A stretch of DNA of 25,755 bases from a virus (taxonomy: Duplodnaviria; Caudoviricetes): positions 1 through 25,755 of IMG/VR virus record IMGVR_UViG_3300024344_000113, one strand, 5' to 3'. The notes under the pieces were generated by a model. It saw nothing but the letters and a program-made list of their open reading frames with translations. It had not been told where the DNA came from and did no database searches. How positions within the stretch are numbered: position 1 is the stretch's first letter; every line of letters begins with the position of its first letter. Shown piece by piece: positions 1-9,074 of the stretch. The position numbers were made by a program, and so were the translations under genes.

Positions 1-9
1 GTTTTTCTC

Positions 10-2622
10 CTATCTTGCTGTTGCGTATTTAAATGGGTTTTCTGCAAATGCTAAGTATACAATATTATATCCACTTCCATTATAACCTTCCCAAGTTGTT
101 CGTGCCTTAAATCCATTACTTAAATAATCAATTTCAAATGTAGAACTATCGGATTCTGCATTACTACTATTCATTCTAATATTTCTTTCTACAGGATTAA
201 ATGGACTTCTAAGATTATTTGACACAACCCATGATTCTCCACTTCCTACATAACGCACCATAAGCCATGCAGGTTTAAATCCAGTATAGACAAATGTGCC
301 ATCGGTATTTGCATTTCCAACATAGACACCTGTTTTAATATAACCTTCTATATCTGTAAAACAATAATAAATATAATTATCTGTACCTGCCCAAGTGTAA
401 TTATCTTTACAAGTCATTATAGAAGAATTAACTGTACCCCATCTTCCAGATAATTGAGCATCACCAGTATTTAATCGTAATCCATAAGTAGATGCTGTTA
501 GTCCTTCTGCCCAGTAAGTATCCCAGTTAAAGGTAGAATCTAAATTTTTTGATATAATACAAGTAGGTGCTGTTGATAATCCATGTGATACAGTTTTATC
601 TCCAGAACCTCCATCACCTACAGCTGTTACAATACTAAAACCTCCGCTTGGATCTACTTGATGTTGTGATGTTAAATCTCCAGAGCCAGCACTTGTAGTT
701 CCACCATTAGCTCGCCAGCCAAAGTTTAACACAGGAGTTGATCCAGAATTAAACCATGTGCCATTAGTTAAAACATAATCAGCACCACTTTGTGATTTAA
801 AATTGTATTGAGGTAGTTGAGCTTGTACTGCATTACTATTTGATTTTGTATAATAATTATTAGAACTAGCACCAAATAATCCTTTAGATGTATTTAACCA
901 ATAAGGATCTTGTGAATAAGTATCTGATCGAGGTAATAATAAATCAAACTGTACATCAAAACCATTACCAAGAGCAGAAGTATCTATAGTTCTTTCGCTA
1001 CCATTACCAGTATATCTCCATGTATTATGTAATTTCATTGGAAAATTGTCATCAGTCTGTGCAGGGTCTATTGCATTTGCTATTGTCAATGCTCCACTAC
1101 AAATTGCTGAATAACCAGACGGTACAGAACTAAAGAAATTACCATAACCATTAGTATCACTATATCCACCTGCTGTTTCTGTGCCACCAAATGTACCTTC
1201 TTGTCCAAAATTCGCTACTGTTATTGGTTGATTTCCACCTCCAGCACAAGCTAAAGGAACTGCACCTGCTGTATATTCACTTGCTGGTGTCCATGTTGCA
1301 CCTGCATTAGTTCTACTAGCACCCGATGTTGGATCGCCAGAATCATACCATGTGCCATTTTTACTAACATAAAAAGCTCCATTATCCATATCTATAGCAA
1401 TACCCATAACATCATTATCAGAACCTCTTGAGCCACCATAAGCTGTTACTTCTGATCTTGCTTTAAAAACTTTGTTAACACTATTGTCGTAAACAATAGA
1501 ATTTACAAATCCTTTATTACCACCATCTCCAGATGCGTACAATTCCTTATTAGGATCAGCTATTCCGTAACCAGGATTATAACCTGAATTACCTCCACCT
1601 CCAATAATAGCATACTCCCAATACCATTTTCCAGATGCAGGTACTTTATGTGTGCAAGCACAATAACCATCAGTATTAGTACTACTTGTATTATATTGAA
1701 ATTTTAAATTACCTTCACTTATACTTCCATAAGATGCAGTAGTAGTATTTGTTCCTCTAAATATTGGATTTACAGTACAAAAATTACCACCATTAGAACT
1801 GCCAAAAGTTGGAGTATCTAGCATTTGATCGTGTGTTGCTAAATTATTTGCTGTCCAATCATTATTGTTACCTGAAAAATCTTCTCCAAAGTCACTTGAA
1901 TTAGTAAATTTTAACCAACAACCATTATTACCAAATGTAAGTCCACTAGGATCCTTAGGCACCCAGACGCCATTTTTGGTCTCGCCGAAATCTGAAATAG
2001 AAGGTACTGTTCCTCCATCAATCATTATAAAATCAGCTAAGTAACCATTAAAATATCCTGATCCATTATATTGATATCTTCCTATATTGTTTTCATTACT
2101 TTGCATTCCAAATCCAATTTGCGTACCTGAATCTGGATAACCATTATTATCAATATTCCAAAAAGTAGTATCAGCAGTTGTATAGTGAACTCCATTAATA
2201 TAAACTTTTACTCTATCTACACCTGTTGACAATGTTGCATCATAAAGAAATACTAAATGATACCATGCACTAAAATCTCGTTGTAAAAATTTACTTTTAC
2301 CATTTTGTCCACCATTATCAGTATAATAACCAAAATTATCTGCTGTAGAACCATCATTTACAAAAAGTGCAGCTAATTTATTTTGTTGACAAGACATTAT
2401 ATATGTTGCACCTGTATTACCAGTTGTTCCTGCTCTTTTATACCATACAGATATAGCTTTTTTATCACTATTTGTAGAAGCACCACTTGCTGTTCTAGTT
2501 AAATAAGTAGAACTCCCATCGAATCTTGCACTATTAGCTATTTGGTAATCATAAAAATCCTCAGCTGCACCACCTGAACCAGCAGCACCCATTAACGCTT
2601 GTTTGTTAGCTCCTAAACTCAT
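10..2622 (-). CDS. Tail fibre / receptor-binding-like structural protein (N-terminal LamG/ConA-like domain, central SPRY-like domain, conserved marine-phage C-terminal domain)
   Basis: 870 aa, G/S/T/N-rich. LamG-like motifs (ISVWYKR, WYHLVF, YFNGYLADF), SPRY-like motifs (GKWYWEY, DVMGIAIDMDNG..YVSKNGTW), C-terminal GFKPAWLMVR...YLAFAENPFK; lies at the distal end of the structural operon. Confidence 0.75.
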   Translation of the reverse strand: MSLGANKQALMGAAGSGGAAEDFYDYQIANSARFDGSSTYLTRTASGASTNSDKKAISVWYKRAGTTGNTGATYIMSCQQNKLAALFVNDGSTADNFGYYTDNGGQNGKSKFLQRDFSAWYHLVFLYDATLSTGVDRVKVYINGVHYTTADTTFWNIDNNGYPDSGTQIGFGMQSNENNIGRYQYNGSGYFNGYLADFIMIDGGTVPSISDFGETKNGVWVPKDPSGLTFGNNGCWLKFTNSSDFGEDFSGNNNDWTANNLATHDQMLDTPTFGSSNGGNFCTVNPIFRGTNTTTASYGSISEGNLKFQYNTSSTNTDGYCACTHKVPASGKWYWEYAIIGGGGNSGYNPGYGIADPNKELYASGDGGNKGFVNSIVYDNSVNKVFKARSEVTAYGGSRGSDNDVMGIAIDMDNGAFYVSKNGTWYDSGDPTSGASRTNAGATWTPASEYTAGAVPLACAGGGNQPITVANFGQEGTFGGTETAGGYSDTNGYGNFFSSVPSGYSAICSGALTIANAIDPAQTDDNFPMKLHNTWRYTGNGSERTIDTSALGNGFDVQFDLLLPRSDTYSQDPYWLNTSKGLFGASSNNYYTKSNSNAVQAQLPQYNFKSQSGADYVLTNGTWFNSGSTPVLNFGWRANGGTTSAGSGDLTSQHQVDPSGGFSIVTAVGDGGSGDKTVSHGLSTAPTCIISKNLDSTFNWDTYWAEGLTASTYGLRLNTGDAQLSGRWGTVNSSIMTCKDNYTWAGTDNYIYYCFTDIEGYIKTGVYVGNANTDGTFVYTGFKPAWLMVRYVGSGESWVVSNNLRSPFNPVERNIRMNSSNAESDSSTFEIDYLSNGFKARTTWEGYNGSGYNIVYLAFAENPFKYATAR

Positions 2623-4016
2623 TATGCCATCGCCAATCCAGCAGCAAATCCATAAAAATTAGTGCCACCATCAAAAGTTGTAAAAGTTAATACATCGACC
2701 CCAGAAGTAGTTAACGTAGGTGCAGTGCCTCCTGCCCATTTAGCAGAGTTTCCTCCACCTCCATGAGCACCTGCTTTAAATGTAACTGTACCAGCACCAC
2801 CATTTGTAATAATAAGAGTTAAAGAATTGGATTGACTTGCTAATGAATTTGTAATTCCTACATTAAATGTTCCGCTACCTACAGTAAAAGATTGAACATT
2901 ACCATTTGTTAAATCTAAATCAAAAGCTCCTGTTTTAGAACCATTAGCATAAACTGTTTCCGCATAATCTTTCATTTGTGCTTGTTTTACTACATCATCA
3001 GAAAGGTCAACAGCACCTGTTCCATTAGTTGCTATAGTAATATCGCCATTAGCTCCATCTGTAATTACAATGGAACCTGAATTCGTGCCACCATTTGTAT
3101 CTAATTCAAGATCAAATGCGCCACTAGAAGATATTTTGCCTGAAGCAGCTCCACTTCCTACAACAACTTCTCCTGTTCCGTTAGGAGTTAGTTCAATATT
3201 TCCGTTTGCAGCGTCTACTATTTTAATTACACCTGAGTTTGTACCTCCATTTGTGTCTAATTCTAAATCATAGGCACCATTAGAGGATATTTTACCAGAA
3301 GCACTTCCGCTTCCTACTGCTATTTCTCCTGTTCCATTTGGAGTTAAAGAAATATTTCCATCAGCCCCATCTGTAATACTGATTGATCCTGAACTTGTGC
3401 CTCCATTAGTGTCTAAAATTAAATCATAGGCACCACTTGTTGATACTTTACCAGTAGCAGAACCATTTCCAACAACAACTTCTCCTGTTCCATTTGGAGA
3501 CAACCCAATATTACCATTAGTGTTTGTACTAGAAATAGTGTTTCCAGAAATAGAAATATTATCAAAGGTTTCTAAATCTAATTTATCTGAAATAGAGATT
3601 ACTTCATCACTACCATCACAATAAACAATATTAGCTTTTGCGCTCGGTATTGTTACTTTTGCTGCTCCACTTCCTTGAGACATAAGAATATTATAACCGC
3701 CAGAAGTACCGTTTTGAATCATAAAAAACGCAGTAGTAGTAGCCGGAGCTATTGTAATCGTACAATGTTGACTTAATGTTCCGGTAAATTTAATAACTCT
3801 ATACATACCATTTTGAACATTATTAGCTCCATCAGTAGGAGAGCCTGCTCTTACAGTTAAAGTAGCTGTAGAAGCATCTGATAATGCTACTGAAACATAA
3901 GACGCTATTCTATCTAATATATCTACGTTATAATTTGTTGTTGTTCCCCAGGTACCTGACTGTTCTCCTGTGGTAATTTTTTCAATACCATAATTTGTTG
4001 AAAATGTTGAAGCCAT
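2622..4016 (-). CDS. Tail fibre/spike-like protein with internal 52-aa tandem repeats
   Basis: 464 aa. N-terminal GEQSGTWGTTTN motif typical of marine phage tail proteins, three 52-aa repeats, C-terminal W.GGTAPTLT...DVLTFTTFDGG motif; GGAG RBS upstream. Confidence 0.7.
   Translation of the reverse strand: MASTFSTNYGIEKITTGEQSGTWGTTTNYNVDILDRIASYVSVALSDASTATLTVRAGSPTDGANNVQNGMYRVIKFTGTLSQHCTITIAPATTTAFFMIQNGTSGGYNILMSQGSGAAKVTIPSAKANIVYCDGSDEVISISDKLDLETFDNISISGNTISSTNTNGNIGLSPNGTGEVVVGNGSATGKVSTSGAYDLILDTNGGTSSGSISITDGADGNISLTPNGTGEIAVGSGSASGKISSNGAYDLELDTNGGTNSGVIKIVDAANGNIELTPNGTGEVVVGSGAASGKISSSGAFDLELDTNGGTNSGSIVITDGANGDITIATNGTGAVDLSDDVVKQAQMKDYAETVYANGSKTGAFDLDLTNGNVQSFTVGSGTFNVGITNSLASQSNSLTLIITNGGAGTVTFKAGAHGGGGNSAKWAGGTAPTLTTSGVDVLTFTTFDGGTNFYGFAAGLAMA
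3051..3518 (-). repeat. Three tandem 156-nt (52-aa) coding repeats plus a partial fourth
   Basis: Unit NGNI.L.PNGTGE..VG.G.A.GK.S..GA.DL.LDTNGGT.SG.I.I.D.A; the anchor tctcctgttcc recurs at 3169, 3325 and 3481 (156-nt period). Confidence 0.95.
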
Positions 4017-4025
4017 TTTATTCTC

Positions 4026-4841
4026 CTATGCTGCTATTTCTGTCCAACCTGGAGATTGCGTATCTGTTATTTCTGTCCAACCTGCATTTTGACCTGGAAT
4101 AATTTCGGACCAAACTGTTGGTGTACTTACTAAACCTTGCGCACTTACTCCTGTAGCTACTATTATTACATCAGGAACGTTAACAGTACCAATATGGGAT
4201 GTTGTAAGAACGCTAGATACCGTAGTTGTTATTCCGCTACCTTCTACTACAGATACACTATTTATTGTAGATGCAGCACTTACAGAGGTAGCAGTAACCG
4301 TAACACCTGTTCCTTCACTAACAGTTACACTACTTAAAGCGGAAGCTGCTTGAACTCCTGTTACTCCAAATCCTAAAGCTACGTCTACATCTTCAAGAGT
4401 AAAACTTGCTTGAACAGAAGTTACTTCAACTACTACTTGAGCAATAGTAACATCAGCAATAGTTCCAACAGCTTGAACTCCAGAACTAATTCCTACACTA
4501 ATTCCGCCACCTTCAATAGTTGTAACATTAGCTATACTGCTTGCTGCTGCTACACCTGTTACACTTACGGTTACACCTGTTCCTTCGTTAACAGTTACAC
4601 CTACAGGAATACCCCATCCTGAAGATCCCCAGGTAGAACGTCCAAATCCCCCTGTAGGAAACACGTCAGCACTTACACCTGTTACACTTACGGTAATGGT
4701 TTGAACCCCTGTAACAGTTACACTATTAACTGCGCTACTTGCTGAAACTCCTGTGGCCGAAACAGTCTCTGTGGTTAGTTGTTGCCCCCATAGGCCACTA
4801 CTCCACTTATATCTACCCCAACCTGTATAGGTTGTGGACAT
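4026..4841 (-). CDS. Virion structural protein, V/T/S/G-rich beta-repeat (tail-associated)
   Basis: 271 aa with repeated V.VTGV.A motifs, Trp/Gly motifs (GWGRYKWSSGLWG; GFGRSTWGSSGWG) and a duplicated C-terminal GWTEI (17-bp DNA repeat at 4035-4051 and 4068-4084). Confidence 0.65.
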   Translation of the reverse strand: MSTTYTGWGRYKWSSGLWGQQLTTETVSATGVSASSAVNSVTVTGVQTITVSVTGVSADVFPTGGFGRSTWGSSGWGIPVGVTVNEGTGVTVSVTGVAAASSIANVTTIEGGGISVGISSGVQAVGTIADVTIAQVVVEVTSVQASFTLEDVDVALGFGVTGVQAASALSSVTVSEGTGVTVTATSVSAASTINSVSVVEGSGITTTVSSVLTTSHIGTVNVPDVIIVATGVSAQGLVSTPTVWSEIIPGQNAGWTEITDTQSPGWTEIAA

Positions 4842-4844
4842 ATG

Positions 4845-5354
4845 CTATGCAATTCTTATAACGGCGTTATTCGCATCATTAGCTGGATACTGAATAGTAA
4901 AATCTCCAGAACTTGAAGATTTATTTCCTCCAAAATCCAATACAGCAACTGTTGGATATGCTGAATGACCAACAGTTCCGCCTGTTCCTGCGGTGCTTAA
5001 TGTAGAATTATAAATTACTGCAACTCTTGCATTACTAATAGTAGATGAAGACCAAGTAGTGTCTGCAAAATCCAAAAACGCTGTGGGAGTAGATCCTGAA
5101 TTATCAGCTAATCCTAATGTTACACTTCCTAAAGTTTCTCCACCTGCTGAATATCCTGTTCCACTTACTTCATTTGCCGTTGTATATCCTGTTAAATCTT
5201 CATTAGCATCCGTTCTACTTGATGTAAACATTGCTATTTTAAAAGTATCAGCCGCTATTGAAGAAGAACCTGTTCGAGAATGGCTCATCCAAAAATGAAT
5301 ACCCACCGTAATTTCTTTTTTATAGCTGCCGCACATTGCTTGATTAATTGCCAT
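4845..5354 (-). CDS. Conserved phage structural (tail-module) protein
   Basis: 169 aa. Motifs DTFKIAMFT, NEVSGTGYSAGG, DFADTTW, VLDFGGNKSSSSGDFTIQYP typical of marine phage virion proteins; AAGGAG RBS. Confidence 0.7.
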   Translation of the reverse strand: MAINQAMCGSYKKEITVGIHFWMSHSRTGSSSIAADTFKIAMFTSSRTDANEDLTGYTTANEVSGTGYSAGGETLGSVTLGLADNSGSTPTAFLDFADTTWSSSTISNARVAVIYNSTLSTAGTGGTVGHSAYPTVAVLDFGGNKSSSSGDFTIQYPANDANNAVIRIA

Positions 5355-5355
5355 T

Positions 5356-5646
5356 TCACAATCTCCTTATAATTTCGGCCATATCACCATGACCTTGTTT
5401 ATTAAACAATGCCCAAAGTGTTGTTCTTTCACTTTGCGCCATCTTATTCATATAATAAATAAGAATTTCTCTCAACTTTTCTCTGTGCGCTATCGCTTGA
5501 TCCCGTATGACAGGCGGAGCGTTTTCACTTACCATCATAATTTTATTTAAAGCTAAATCAGCTATTTGTTCTGGACTATGACCTCCATTTTCTGAAGTCA
5601 TCACTGTTACACCACCAACATCACCAGTACCATCTGCTTTAAACAT
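5356..5646 (-). CDS. Conserved hypothetical phage protein
   Basis: 96 aa (GHSPEQIA...APPVIRDQA..H...MAQSERTT); translationally coupled to neighbours. Confidence 0.7.
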   Translation of the reverse strand: MFKADGTGDVGGVTVMTSENGGHSPEQIADLALNKIMMVSENAPPVIRDQAIAHREKLREILIYYMNKMAQSERTTLWALFNKQGHGDMAEIIRRL

Positions 5647-6290
5647 TACTGAACATCCCTTCGTAAGTCATCATAACGATAAGAATCTCTAGTGTTTTCT
5701 CCTTCACCAAGATTTTTAAGCCAATTAAGCGATTCCATATAACGATCATTATAAAGTTTCAACAAATTGTCTTCACCTTTCATAAAAGTATACGCTTCAA
5801 CTAAAGAACCATATAATAAAGCTAAAGAAGCGTTTGTGCCTAGCCATGTTTCTCCACTAGCAACTGTAGTTATAGAGTCAGGACGATAAAAATAATGCAA
5901 TTGCATATCATAAGCTCCTGTAGGAGGAGGTGACAATAAAAATGTTGTGTCGTTCCAATCAGCATAATACCCAGGCATACCTGTAGAGGTACTATCTGGG
6001 TTATAATCTTGTAAAAAAGTAACTTGTTTATACAACAAAAACTCTACGTTAGAACCGTTTTTCACACTTAAAGAATACGGAGCTAAAAAATCAGTGGGTT
6101 TTGATAAAAATTGATTACCTGCACTTGTAGATCCTTCGGAATTTTTTCTAAACACAGATAACTGTACTTCTTTTAAAATACGTTCTTCTGCATTTACTAT
6201 AAAAGTATTTAACTGATTAACAAAAGTTGTTTCTGAATTTTGTGTATAATCTTGAATTGCTGTTTTTAATGTTGTGTATGTATATGCCAT
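5646..6290 (-). CDS. Head-tail adaptor / tail tubular-like protein
   Basis: 214 aa. N-terminal YTTLKTAIQDY...FIVNAEERI, P.YYA.W, and LLYGSLVEAYTFMKGE motifs typical of adaptor proteins; position in operon. Confidence 0.65.
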   Translation of the reverse strand: MAYTYTTLKTAIQDYTQNSETTFVNQLNTFIVNAEERILKEVQLSVFRKNSEGSTSAGNQFLSKPTDFLAPYSLSVKNGSNVEFLLYKQVTFLQDYNPDSTSTGMPGYYADWNDTTFLLSPPPTGAYDMQLHYFYRPDSITTVASGETWLGTNASLALLYGSLVEAYTFMKGEDNLLKLYNDRYMESLNWLKNLGEGENTRDSYRYDDLRRDVQ

Positions 6291-6796
6291 TATGCCTCCA
6301 ATGTAACAGGGCCAGACGAAACGTCACCGCCTCCGCCTAACGTATCTCCAGAAGTTGCTGTTTCCCCTCCTGTTGCTGTAATTGTATACGTGCTACTTGT
6401 TAATACCGTAACCGCAAAACCACTCGATGTCTCAATCATGCTAATAGAAAAACCATCAAAAGGTGCTGAATTACGAAACCGTGTTATATCGCCCGTAGAA
6501 AAGCCATGTCCTGGTTGCGTAATAGTAATCGTAGTAGAACCAGCTGTACCAGAACGAAAAGGATTAAATCCTAATAATACTTCTACAGGCGGTTCTGTTC
6601 GTGCCGGACGACTAATACGTAAAGCTTGCGGGTCAGGTTGAATACGTGGAGGACTAAGTTGAGGTTGTTTAGCCTCAAACTCATCTGGTCCTACAAGTAA
6701 TCCATTCCACTCTAAAATCATAGTTTTAAGAGGATATTCTCTTCCAGACCTATCTGAAATTCCTTTAGCGTATTTATTACTAGCAAAACGAGGCAT
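6290..6796 (-). CDS. Conserved virion-module protein with C-terminal small beta domain (TITITQPGHGFSTGD)
   Basis: 168 aa. N-terminal GISDRSG..YP....EWNGLLVGPDEFE.KQPQL motif; coupled to flanking genes. Confidence 0.65.
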   Translation of the reverse strand: MPRFASNKYAKGISDRSGREYPLKTMILEWNGLLVGPDEFEAKQPQLSPPRIQPDPQALRISRPARTEPPVEVLLGFNPFRSGTAGSTTITITQPGHGFSTGDITRFRNSAPFDGFSISMIETSSGFAVTVLTSSTYTITATGGETATSGDTLGGGGDVSSGPVTLEA

Positions 6797-6797
6797 T

Positions 6798-7697
6798 TTA
6801 AATCCTTAATGACTGTTGTGTTGGTACTAAACGTAAAGCAACTCTTTCGCTATCCTCTGCTGCGGCACGTTGCCACTCTTCATCGTACATTTGTTTTAAA
6901 AGTCCTATTCTTTGAGGAGCACGTTTAACAGCTAAATAATAAGAAAGTCCTGCAACTAAACACGGTAAAAAACGAAAAGGAACATCGGGAGTGTTTTGTG
7001 AAGTTCCTACGTCTTCAATGCGTTTTACACGATAGTATACTAATTGATCTGTAGAGTTAATTGGAGCAGGCCATACAGTAATAATAGGTGTTATTTGTCT
7101 ATCTATGTAATATTGAGTAGGTCTTCCCTGGGATGTTTTATCAGGAATAGCAAGATAATCTCCTCGACTTATTCTTCCTATCGATATATCAGAACCATCT
7201 CGACGTATAACCGCCTCTAAGATATCCACTGTAGCTTGTGTATCTATTAAACTAGGAACAGTAGTTACTGCTGTTACTGTTCCGCTAGTGCTTCCTGTAA
7301 CATCATCTGTTGCTACAAAAGTTCCTACGGGCACCGTTATAGTAATGGTAGTAGCTGTAGGTTTAGTAATAACCTTAGCAGTGGCTCCGCTTACAGAACC
7401 TGTAATTGTTTCGCCAATAGTCAAATTAGCAGAAGCAGCTACTGTTAAAGTAATTGTTCCTAAAGGATATTCTGTAATAGCAGATGTTGTAGAAAGTTGT
7501 GCCATAGTTTGTGTCACTTCTTCTACCACCCAAAGATTTAAACCACGATTAGCCCAATCTGAGAACAAAAGATTTAAAGAACGACGTGCTGTTTTAGCGT
7601 CATAACCTGTACGTAATTCTAAACCGCAACGTTCATAAGCTTCTTCAATAATTTCTGCTATACTTAAATTAAAATCTACAGTTCCTGAAGTAGCCAT
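6798..7697 (-). CDS. Head-tail connector/adaptor protein with Thr-rich insertion
   Basis: 299 aa. IIEEAYERCG, ARRSLNLLFSDWANRGLNLW, GRPTQYY, DVPFRFLPCLVAGLSYYLA motifs; GAGG RBS. Confidence 0.65.
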   Translation of the reverse strand: MATSGTVDFNLSIAEIIEEAYERCGLELRTGYDAKTARRSLNLLFSDWANRGLNLWVVEEVTQTMAQLSTTSAITEYPLGTITLTVAASANLTIGETITGSVSGATAKVITKPTATTITITVPVGTFVATDDVTGSTSGTVTAVTTVPSLIDTQATVDILEAVIRRDGSDISIGRISRGDYLAIPDKTSQGRPTQYYIDRQITPIITVWPAPINSTDQLVYYRVKRIEDVGTSQNTPDVPFRFLPCLVAGLSYYLAVKRAPQRIGLLKQMYDEEWQRAAAEDSERVALRLVPTQQSLRI

Positions 7698-7701
7698 ATG
7701 T

Positions 7702-7974
7702 TTATCCTCTCGCTATTTTTTCAAAAATACCTTTTTCAGGAGCTCCTTTATCTCCTGGTTTACGCATTTTTTCTCCTGAACCATCAGCAATTCTTTGTCT
7801 TTTAGCATGAATATTGGCATAAAGTCCGGCACCGCCTTTCTTATACCTTTTTTTAGGACGTGCGTCAGGAGAATGAACTCCGCCATGCATATACACATAA
7901 GCATGATCGCCAAAAGATATTTTGTTTTTATTTGCATTTCTTGCTGAAATGTTAACTACTGAATTGTATCTCAT
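7702..7974 (-). CDS. Small basic hypothetical protein
   Basis: 90 aa, GGAGG RBS at ~7980-7984; contains GLYANIHAKRQRI...EKMRKPG.KGAP and two YxxGG motifs. Confidence 0.7.
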   Translation of the reverse strand: MRYNSVVNISARNANKNKISFGDHAYVYMHGGVHSPDARPKKRYKKGGAGLYANIHAKRQRIADGSGEKMRKPGDKGAPEKGIFEKIARG

Positions 7975-7983
7975 AAAAACCTC

Positions 7984-8409
7984 CTATGTATTACCGTAAA
8001 TCTTAATACATTCTAATATAATAGTATAGGAATCATTAGCGGCTTCATTTTTTGTTCCAAAATATACATCGCCATTAGCTCCGCCTGTACCAAAAGTAGT
8101 AGGATTAGGAAGTCCGCTAAAACTAGAAAATTCTAAGTTATCACTGTAATTTTCTGGAAGTTGTATCGCCATAACTTGTGTGCTTGCGTACCAATTAATA
8201 ATAACGTTTAAACCTATATTAGAATACCAAATTTTATTTATTCTTACTCCTATACAATCATTTCCATTGACAGGGTTTTTAGATAACTCAGAAACATCTA
8301 TCTTTTTAACAGGTGTACTTTCACCGGTATCGACATATGTGTGAACAAAAGAAGCAACATACTTCTGAGGGCCATCCATAATAACAGTATTGGTGTTTGT
8401 ATCAGCCAT
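7984..8409 (-). CDS. Putative virion structural protein
   Basis: 141 aa with strong AGGAG RBS; ends YTIILECIK, a pattern common in marine phage head-associated proteins. Confidence 0.65.
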   Translation of the reverse strand: MADTNTNTVIMDGPQKYVASFVHTYVDTGESTPVKKIDVSELSKNPVNGNDCIGVRINKIWYSNIGLNVIINWYASTQVMAIQLPENYSDNLEFSSFSGLPNPTTFGTGGANGDVYFGTKNEAANDSYTIILECIKIYGNT

Positions 8410-8421
8410 AATTTTTCTCCT

Positions 8422-8447
8422 AAAAAAGGAGCTTCCGAAGAAGCTCC
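8422..8447 (-). terminator. Rho-independent terminator with C(UUCG)G tetraloop
   Basis: Minus strand reads GGAGCTTC-TTCG-GAAGCTCC-TTTTTT, directly after the stop of 8457..8957. Confidence 0.85.
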
Positions 8448-8456
8448 ATTAATTAA

Positions 8457-8957
8457 TTAAGTAGACTCTTTACCGTCGTCTTTTACATAATAGTAAATAA
8501 CGCCTGTGATTGTTCCTCCAGTAGGAGCAGAACCACCGTGTCCACCTACAACTTTAATTCTTTCTGTAGCTGGTACGCCTACATCTCCTAAGTCAACACC
8601 AGCAGTGCTATCACCGCCCCAGATAGTTAGTACTGCTCCTGAGTCTGCGTCTGCCGCATCTAAATATCCATCTGTGTTAACAAAAGTTGTGCCGCCATCA
8701 TAGTCAGTATAACCCATATCTAATGTAGGGTTAGTTCCGCCAGTTGCGTCACCATTAAAACTAATACCTAATACTACTGCATTTTTAGGAAGAACTACTT
8801 TTCTTGTATCGGTTGCTGATACTTGAACATCAGTTCCTGCTGCTACAGTTGGTACTAAATAAAATTGAGCCATCATCATCATGCCGCCACAATAAGTTTC
8901 TCTTTTATTGTCACCGCCATTTGAACGAACATTACTTGCAAAAGTTGTGTTAGCCAT
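8457..8957 (-). CDS. Putative head-associated structural protein
   Basis: 166 aa, first gene after the MCP, AGGAGG RBS; starts MANTTF...VRS, with LPKNAVV and GGTNPTLDMG motifs. Confidence 0.7.
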   Translation of the reverse strand: MANTTFASNVRSNGGDNKRETYCGGMMMMAQFYLVPTVAAGTDVQVSATDTRKVVLPKNAVVLGISFNGDATGGTNPTLDMGYTDYDGGTTFVNTDGYLDAADADSGAVLTIWGGDSTAGVDLGDVGVPATERIKVVGGHGGSAPTGGTITGVIYYYVKDDGKEST

Positions 8958-8962
8958 ATTTA

Positions 8963-9040
8963 CCTCCTCATAAAGGGTTTGCTTTTAGCGTCTTATGAGT
9001 ATCTGCTAGGACAGTCGCTAAAAATTATATATTACCTAGA
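8963..9040 (-). ncRNA. Structured cis-RNA downstream of the major capsid gene (likely the Mu-gpT-DE motif)
   Basis: Visible pairings on the minus strand: UUUUAGCG(9023-9016)/CGCUAAAA(8990-8983); CUG/CAG inner stem; CUAGG(9039-9035)/CCUAG(9010-9006); CUCAUAA(8999-8993)/UUAUGAG(8973-8967). The location 3' of a Mu gpT-like gene matches the described Mu-gpT-DE motif; not verified by a covariance model. Confidence 0.6.
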
Positions 9041-9064
9041 AAGCGGGGGGAATGTTCCCCCCAC
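9040..9064 (-). terminator. Strong stem-loop after the MCP stop (terminator or processing/stabilising stem)
   Basis: GTGGGGGGAA-CA-TTCCCCCCGC followed by a short TTT. Confidence 0.6.
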
Positions 9065-9074
9065 TCAATTCGTC

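Noticed and set aside
10-4016. Diversity-generating retroelement target in the tail fibre genes
   Set aside because: No reverse transcriptase and no template/variable repeat pair differing at adenines seen in the window.
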